Positions 56,250 to 64,000 of a stretch of DNA of 64,000 bases are shown piece by piece. The notes below the pieces were generated by a model that saw only the letters and a list, made by a program, of their open reading frames with translations, searched no databases and was not told where the DNA came from. Within the stretch, counting starts at the first letter, position 1; each line of letters opens with the position of its first letter. The DNA comes from Podarcis cretensis. Its lineage: Eukaryota. Location: NCBI GenBank assembly GCA_951804945.1, contig OX638154.1, positions 62,124,001-62,188,000 on the forward strand, in the 5' to 3' direction. Both the position numbers and the translations under genes were made by a program.

Positions 56250-59200
56250 ACCTTGAGCACTCTTCATTATTGCAGAAAGTGCAGCAGCCCTTGGGTGGTA
56301 TCTGTGTGACACTACACAGCAGCATCCGATCAAGGAGTATAGCAATGTATATCAGTACATCAGATTAGGGTGATCAAGTACCGGTACTCGTTGTGCTTGA
56401 GTGTGTGCTTAAGCCTCATTGATTTAATCAGGACTGCAGTACGCAATTTTTTTCTGAGTTATTCTGGACTTGTATGCATGTTCCACAGCATAGGAATATA
56501 TTGTCCTCAGTACTTAAATGTATTTATTCCTTATATAAAGCTAGCTCCTGTCTGCCTTAGTTAAACTTACACAAAACCAAGATGCTGAGTCCATGTAGTG
56601 TGTTGCTATTGTTGCAAGATGCTCTTTTGCTGTCCCTTGTTCCCTTATTTGTGAGAAGTTCCAGCTTCTTATTTCTTCGTGGGAAAGGACGTGGAGACCC
56701 CAGCCAGCATAGCAGTTCATGAGAGAAGAGAGTTGCATTGGTGGTTTGATATGGGAGAATCTTCCCTCAAAAGAAATTTTAAGGGTATCTTGTCCCTTCA
56801 GAGATTGTTATCTGGCATATTGAGAACTGGAAACAGCTGTAGGGACAAAACAATAGCAGAGTTGTCCAGTGTCTTAACACTTCAATCTCTCTTGATTATC
56901 ATCCTCCTGCCTTCTAAGATCTTTGTGCTGCACTATGCAACTGAGGCGCTTGCATCTAACTCTTCTCCAGTCATACTGCTGAAGCTCTTTCTGCTGGTGC
57001 AAATGATCTTTGGGAGTTACTGTTTTATGATTCACTGAAGCAAGGGATCCCTGTTTTTATAACCCCGCCATGGATTCCAGTGTTCCCTGTGTCCAGTTGC
57101 CAGATCCAGCCCTCGACTTTGATGTGACAGCCAACTATGTCTCCAACCATAACTGGTGAAGAACTTACATTGCACTCTCAGACCCATCTGAGAATAACTG
57201 CTTTGCAGTACAGTGTAGAAAGGGATCTCTATTCATTGGGACTTTCTGTTTCGGTCAGTGGAGGAGTAGTTTGTATTGCTGGCTTTAACAGACTGTGGTT
57301 GACAGAAGCAGGATTTAGATGGGGACAACTGCATTCCCCTGCTGCTGTAACTGAGATGGTAAGCATCCATGCTAATTTCAACCCTAACGATAGTGGAACT
57401 TATGAGTGTTTGCTATATCATGAACTGCTGGCATGAGTTCAGTCATGTGGCTAAGCTTTCTCCAAAACAGAAACAAATAAAGCAGAGCAGCATATAGCCT
57501 TTTAATGTTTCTTAGAATACTTCCAGGTGTTTTCAGGAAAGAAGTATCGCATGATTTAAATGCTGTTTCCTGTATCCTGAAATAGCAGATGTACCCAATC
57601 AGTAAGAAAAAAGAGCTCCTAGTATAAATGTAAAGAGAAGTATTTGAGTGGAGCCCATGGCATTTATAGCCATGAGGCTAGCTCAATAGTATGAAAACTG
57701 CCCAATATTGCTGGCCAGGCCTAACTTGTCTTAAGTTACTGTACTTTTTATATTTCCTTTCTTTTCCACCCAGTGATGAATAGCATTAATTTAAATCTAT
57801 TTAAGGCAAGTGTGGGAGAAACCACAATCTTTGTTGTGGTCAGTGGTGTACTTAGCAGGGCTGGATGTTTCACTTGATTGAGGCCTGAAAGCTGACTGTA
57901 GAAGACCTAAAACATCATGTCAGCTTTTTCCAAGTATTGCAAAAGAAGAAGTGTACGGTAAATTCAAATATTCTGCAATGTCAATAACCATTATTATGAT
58001 GGCTACTTACTGTCCCTTCAGACCCCTCCAAATTTAAATGTAAAAGACAACAACCGCAACAGCAACAAAAGCAACCCAAGTCAGTTTCTGTGAAAACAGC
58101 CACCTTACAGTTTAAAAGAGCCCATAGTCAAACTAAATCAAATTAATGTAACCAGCCTATAATCTAAAGCAGTACTTGTGGAGACGTGCTCTCCTTCCTT
58201 CAAGGTCTAGGAGTGAAATGTTCACTATAGCACATCACAAATACCAACTGATTTTAGGGTTTTGGCCAAAGTTTAGGAGAATAGTCCTAAACTTTGCCTT
58301 GCCAATGAGTTATTTACTATCCTCAAGGGATTGTTGCTCAGACATGAACTATAACTGAGGCTCCACTGGATGATCAGAAATAGATTTGTGCATTGGCAAA
58401 GGAGAGTAATATCTTGTTATTATAAAGCTGTTTCAATAGCTCTGATAGAGATTGAAAGGTAGTACAGTACAGATTTATCAGAGTTTTCCCCAAAGCCAAT
58501 TGTAGCTCAGTGAAGAAGGATCAGATCTGTGTTCCAAGTCCTGTTCAAGCAAATAACATGCTATGCACGAGGTCTGCAATGCCTCTATTCATGCTGCCCC
58601 AAGCATTGCTATGCAGCAGTCAGCCATTGCTTCAGTTGCAGGGAAAACCTGGTGGTGCAAGGCAAGTTGCTGCTCTTCTGCTGTTCCTGGGACCTTTAAG
58701 TGTGGTCCTGTGAATCGCTGTCAAGCATTGGGCCAGTATTAGGCTATATGGCTACCATCCTTACATCACCCTTTCTAGGATTAATAGTACCTTTCTGGCA
58801 GTGAGTGGATGATGTTCAATAGTGTCACAGTGGGGCTTGGTAGAGAGTGGTGCCAGAGCCTCACTAACTGTTGTTGTTTACCAATTCTGATGTGAAAAAT
58901 GACAAGGCCGTCTCAGGCTAAGGAGATGAATGATGAGAAGGACATGAGCAATGTTTCTTACATTAACGTTAACTGCATGTTATGTCTGCAAAATTGGTGA
59001 AAATTGTTTGAGTGGTTGTAGGTGGACAGTCTTTGGCTAAGGACACTAAGCAGCAAATGTTTCGAGTATATTTTTGGTAGGAAGCCTGGAAATGTATGTG
59101 GTGATTAGGAGAGTGGTATTTAATCCCACATACTTAACTTTTTGTTTGTTTCTTTAAGGGTTGAGTAAGTGACAGGAGGTGCTTTATAGTAGTACAACCA

Positions 59201-59889
59201 ACAATAATTGGTTGTGCGAAACTGAGACAATATACTGTATTGTAGTGATTGACTAGTAGTTCCACACATTCAGGTGATCAAGGGATAACTCACGCCGTGA
59301 GTGCAGTTGTCTGTTGTGCCAGTTCTTACTGAGTTGCCAGGGAAAGCTTGGCCAACTGCAGGGAAGAGCTGCAGTGGATAAGGAATTAAACATAGCCAGC
59401 AAATACCGGTAGTCTAGACCTTTGCCAGAACCGTCTTCCTTTTTGCTGTCAAATTATTATTTAAATTGTATGAAACTTTATGTAAAATAATTTGTCTATC
59501 GTGTTTTGTTGAACTATTTAATTGTATGGCTGGGATTAGAGTGGGGTAGTTAGTGTTGGTGGATCACAACTTCCATCATCACTGACCATGGCTATGCTGG
59601 AGGGCACCATGTTAGCTACCCCTGAATTAAAAGGTGCCATCTCTTCTTCTTCCTAACTAGTTGGACCCAGGTGGACAGTGATTGTCATTCTTTTCATTTG
59701 ATTGTTGTGAAGGTTCCACAGTTACCGTTACCCATTTTCTCTTCTATCCTAAATTTGTATTGTGATGTTATCGCTTTATGGATAACATCTGATTCTGCAT
59801 TTCATTTCCCCTCTAATCCAGGGAGCAATGTTCTTTTGCCTTTAACTGGAGGGTTGTTGTTGAAGTAGACAAGCATACTGAAACAGGCA

Positions 59890-60372
59890 TACTGAAGCAA
59901 AGTCCAGACAAGATGGAAGTGATTATGGTGGGTAGCCTGTGTGATCTGGAATAGGTGAGTCTGCCTGTTCTAATGGGATTTCGTTGTCACTAATAAAGAA
60001 GGTTATAGCCTAGGAGTACTCTTGTATCTGGCTTTCTTCCTAGAAGAACAGGTGGCAATCTTGGACAGAAATGCTTTTTATCGGTTTCATTTGATACTCC
60101 AGCTGTGCCAGTTCCTGTGGAAAGAGGACTGAGCAATAAACATCCATGTCTTTGGAAACTAGAGCATTGAGTATTGCAATATCTTCAGTGACTGTCTTTG
60201 TCTAAGGTTCTCTTCTGGGATGCTCTCACCTTCTGAGAAGCACTGGCTGCTTACTCTTTAGGTCATGGTACTCCATCTTTGGAATGTCCCCCCCCCAAGG
60301 AGGCTTTCCTGGCACTTAGTATATTATCTTTTCATTGCAGGTGAAACACATTTTTTGTTCCACAGGCTTTTT
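59890..60372 (+). mobile_element. Degenerate L2-clade LINE ORF2 fragment
   Basis: PDKMEV...SLGVLLYLAFFLEEQVAILDRNAFYRFHLILQLCQFL resembles the L2 RT C-terminal region. Confidence 0.65.
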
Positions 60373-60431
60373 AGATCCTTCAAGACCTTTTGAGGCAACG
60401 TAAGTTTAATAGATCTCTCCTGGATTAGAGG

Positions 60432-60576
60432 GTATTGGTTAGAGTGTGGTGCCGATTACACCAAGGACGCAGGTTTGATCTCCGTTTGGGACAGCTGCAT
60501 ATTCCTGCATTGCAGGGGGTTGGACTAGATGATTCTAAAGGTCCCTTCCAGTTCTACAATTCCATGATTCTATGAT
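60432..60576 (+). mobile_element. tRNA-Ile-headed SINE with CR1 3' tail
   Basis: TTGGTTAGAGTGTGGTGCCGATTACACCAAGGACGCAGGTTTGATCTCCGTTTGGGACA resembles tRNA-Ile(AAT), followed by GCAGGGGGTTGGACTAGATG...TTCCAGTTCT...ATGATTCTATGA. Confidence 0.8.
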
Positions 60577-61086
60577 CTGGTATTCTTTGATTTTTAGTTC
60601 CCCCTCCACTATTTAATTTTAATCAAGAAGTGGTGTTGTTTTCAGCTGTTAGTAAGTTGCTTTGAAGTCAATGGATTTAATAATGATAGACGCTAATAAA
60701 TGCAGTACGAAAATGTGCTCAACATGGGTCTGCCCATGAAGATTGGCATCTCATGTAGATTCATAATATAGTACTGTTTCTTTCTTTATGTAATCTCATT
60801 GATGGGATCTATAATGTGATCTGCAACACAACATTGCTGTGTATCCTCATCTGCTAAGAGGAGTTCTCCTTTTCAGTGTTCCAGATGACCTGAAATCTTG
60901 TAGTCTTCATGTATCAGAATGGGTGGTGTTCTAGGTGTATGTGATAAAGGACCCCCCATCCCCCAAGATCTGCCGGGAAACTCTACACTTGAGCATTTTC
61001 TTGCTTTCAAGGGGAGCATGGTTCTGGGCAGTGGGAACAGGAAATGTCATCCACTTTGCTTTCCTTCCTCCTGAAAGATCCTTGTA

Positions 61087-61326
61087 CAGTGGTACCTCGG
61101 GTTAAGATGCTTCAGGTAACAGACACTTCAGGTTACAGACTCTGCTAACCCAGAAATATTACCTCGGGTTAAGAACTTTGCTTCAGGATGAGAACAGAAA
61201 TCATGCTCAGGCGGCGCAGCAGCAGCAGCAGGCCCCATTAGCTAAAGTGGTGCTTCAGGTTAAGAACAGTTTCAGGTTAAGAACGGACCTCCGGAACAAA
61301 TTAAGTTCTTAACCTGAGGTATACTG
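61087..61326 (+). mobile_element. Tigger/pogo-like MITE (family copy 2)
   Basis: TA|CAGTGGTACCTCGG, body near-identical to 21343-21571, right end degenerate. Confidence 0.88.
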
Positions 61327-61559
61327 CTGGGAGGAGAGAGTGGTTTTTTTAACCTCATCACATATACTGTAATCTCTCTTCCAGAATGCACACAAGAAAC
61401 TGTTAGGTGTTCAAGGAGTTCAATTCCCCTTCTCCCTATGCACTCCTATTTCTCTCTCGTTTTTGTTTTCAGCTAGCACTCTAACATTCTGTCTCAATTG
61501 CTGTCAGCCATAGGCTAGATTGATAGATCCACACAGCCTGACTTGTAATTCCTTTAGAC

Positions 61560-61664
61560 CAGTCTTCCTCAGCCTAGTGTCATTCCCAGATGTGTTGGAT
61601 TACCATTCAGATCGTACAGTTATGAATTGTGGTCCAAAACATCTAGACGGCTTGTGACAGACTG
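61560..61664. mobile_element. Short hAT-type MITE
   Basis: CAGTC...GACTG ends, perfect TSD CTTTAGAC (61552-59, 61665-72). Confidence 0.78.
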
Positions 61665-61711
61665 CTTTAGACCACTAGGTCCCTATAGTTGCTTTCTCTT
61701 AATTTACATTA

Positions 61712-61953
61712 AAGTGGTACCTTTGGTTACGTACTTAATTCGTTCTGGAGGTCCGTACTTAACCTGAAACTGTTCTTAACCTGAAGCACCACTTTAGCTA
61801 ATGGGGCCTCCTGCTGCTGCCGTGCCGCCGGAGCACAATTTCTGTTCTTATCCTGAAGCAAAGTTCTTAACCTGAAGCACTATTTCTGGGTAAGCGGAGT
61901 CTGTAACCTGAAGTGTATGTAACCTGAAGCGTATGTAACCTGAGGTACCACTG
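61712..61953 (-). mobile_element. Tigger/pogo-like MITE (family copy 3, inverted)
   Basis: Reverse complement of 61087-61326 (CCACTTTAGCTAATGGGGCCT), ends GAGGTACCACTG|TA. Confidence 0.88.
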
Positions 61954-64000
61954 TAATATATATCTTTGCATACCTATGGAATGTCTGTATATGTCTGTAT
62001 ATGTAGAAACCGCTGCTTCATTTTTTGTTGTGTCAATTTTAGTCAAAATCAGTTGGTACCCAAACTCCTCATTATTGTCAGAGGGAAGGATTGGGATTGA
62101 ATCCAAATAACTATGATTGGGTGTAGAAAATGTTTTAGTGTTACTCTTTGAACTTTTGCGTAAGTCAAGATTTCTTATGTACAGTGTCACAGTGTGTCAG
62201 GGGTTTGATTACGATATGAGAAACACATTGAATAAGAAGCAAAGAAGGTGAAGCATAGACCATAAAAAGGTCTTGAGGTGAGCTTTCACATTGATAGGCA
62301 ATATTAATTCTGTATTTACTATAGAATCTATCGCTGTTTCATTGTGTTACCATCATTAATAAACCTTGCCTATATCCAAGGTCTCTCAAACCTCATTGAA
62401 GCCAACGACATTTAAGCAACCCACGTAAATCAAAGAAGGATTGCAGGCCAAGAGTGAAATCCATTATGCTGTGGAATGTCTAAGGTTCCAGTGTTCACTA
62501 ACACAGATAATTTTCTTCAGTTCCCCCTTTTCTCTGTGGCTACCTGCACCTTTGAAAATCTCAAGACTAGTGTGGAAGGCAGCATAGGACAGGGCTTCAG
62601 GTGGAAATGGATAAAATTACTTCCTTTTATCTTACTGCTGTGTGTCTCAACTGCATCAAACACCGTTTTGCAAGTGGAACAACAGCATTGCATTCTCCCC
62701 CTATAGTTTTTATTATTACAGTTGCCCACTCTAGTTATTTGCACATTGTTCATGTGCACCAATGAAATTTTTCTGATGACTTAGCCCTACATAACCAGTC
62801 TTTAGAAGACTCTTTGTAACATCAAAGATTATAAAAGTAAATGATTAAAATGATAATCTAATAAAAATGGGTATTTTGAAATGCCATCATATAATTCTGA
62901 TCCATAGTGCAAATAAAAGCTTGCATACAGCTGCGTTGTGTTTAAACTAAGGTCTGTAACTTCAACTTTTGATTTTAATTAAACCTGGAGGGTAAGCAAA
63001 TGCTCTTCACATAGTTATGTTCAGCTAAAAGTAAAGTTGGCATGATGGACCCACCCCCATTTTCTGCTTGCTATTACCAGTACTCCAAGATAAATCTTTT
63101 TAATTGCAGTTGTACATAACATGAGGAACTTTTCAAAAACCCTACCATTTTAGGCATTAATAGAGTTGAGGGGTCTGTATTTTCATCAAAGATAAATACA
63201 AAACTCAATGAATATTAGTGATTTTGTAGGTATTCTTAAAATTTTCATTCTGGGAATAATTACCTGATATGTTTATGAAGTATATTAGTTCCTATGATAA
63301 AAGTGGGCTAATGAAGTAAAGGAATTATTTCAAAGTAGTGTGTGTTTGGTGTTATAATCTTCTAACTTTTCAGTAATAATCATCAAGAAGATGGATTGAG
63401 TGAACTAGTGCCACTGACAATAAGCTGAAATGATATTTGGTTATATGTTCCTTTCCTTGGTAGAATCCTGGCCTGATCCAGGGGTTGAAGAATATGGATT
63501 GCATTCCTAGTTCTCCCATCACTTCTGACCTGGTACTATGGTCCTTCCTGCACACTTCATCCACCATATGCTGTAATTTGGATGATCATAGAGTGTATTC
63601 ATCCCTTATTGTGTGACTTTCTAAACAAATAGAGCCTGCTGTGCAGTTCCCTAATGCACTGTGCTCAGGCATCATTCACCAAGTGAGTGCTGAGGTAGGC
63701 TGAAAAGGACCAGTCAGTACAATCCAGTGACAGGTTGCCTAATGGGTGCCGGATGGGGGCATTTAAAGTGCTGCATCATCAGATTTGCCCAGTAGACTCC
63801 CTTTCCCCCATCCCCAAAGCCATTTGTTTCATGCAACTGATACCTTAGCTTTTCTGAATGAAAGTAAACCTAAAAGGCAACAGTTGAGATTTTAAAAAAA
63901 TATTTAATTTGTTATCATTTTGGGTTGAAAAAAGTCACCTAGACTATTTAAAAATATACATATATGTGTAATGTTTACTCTGAAAATAATCAGCATGTCT

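Overview
Eukaryotic genomic DNA from a squamate reptile; the Sauria SINE and other repeat content suggests a lacertid lizard. The window holds the 5' end of NFIA (nuclear factor I/A) on the + strand. A CpG-island promoter (~44.4-45.5 kb) leads to coding exon 1 (45041-45067, MYSPLCLTQ), a 5.8-kb intron 1, the 532-nt DNA-binding-domain exon 2 (50844-51375) and the start of the long intron 2. The ~44 kb upstream is non-coding: extra CpG islands (~22.3-22.8, 38.6-39.0, 40.9-41.4 kb), CTCF-like motifs, candidate conserved enhancers, microsatellites, a 140-N gap, and many transposon relics (Sauria SINEs, tRNA-headed SINEs, CR1 and L2 fragments, hAT and Tc1/mariner-pogo MITEs with readable TIRs and TSDs). 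Almost all ORFs in the supplied track are spurious. I see no evidence of a new multi-gene system. The best leads are regulatory: a candidate alternative NFIA first exon (M-T-P), uORFs, two routes to a truncated DNA-binding-only NFIA, an antisense-spliced CpG island, tRNA-head swapping on a shared CR1 tail, and a hAT MITE that may carry a captured host exon. All family names are recognised by eye, not from database searches.
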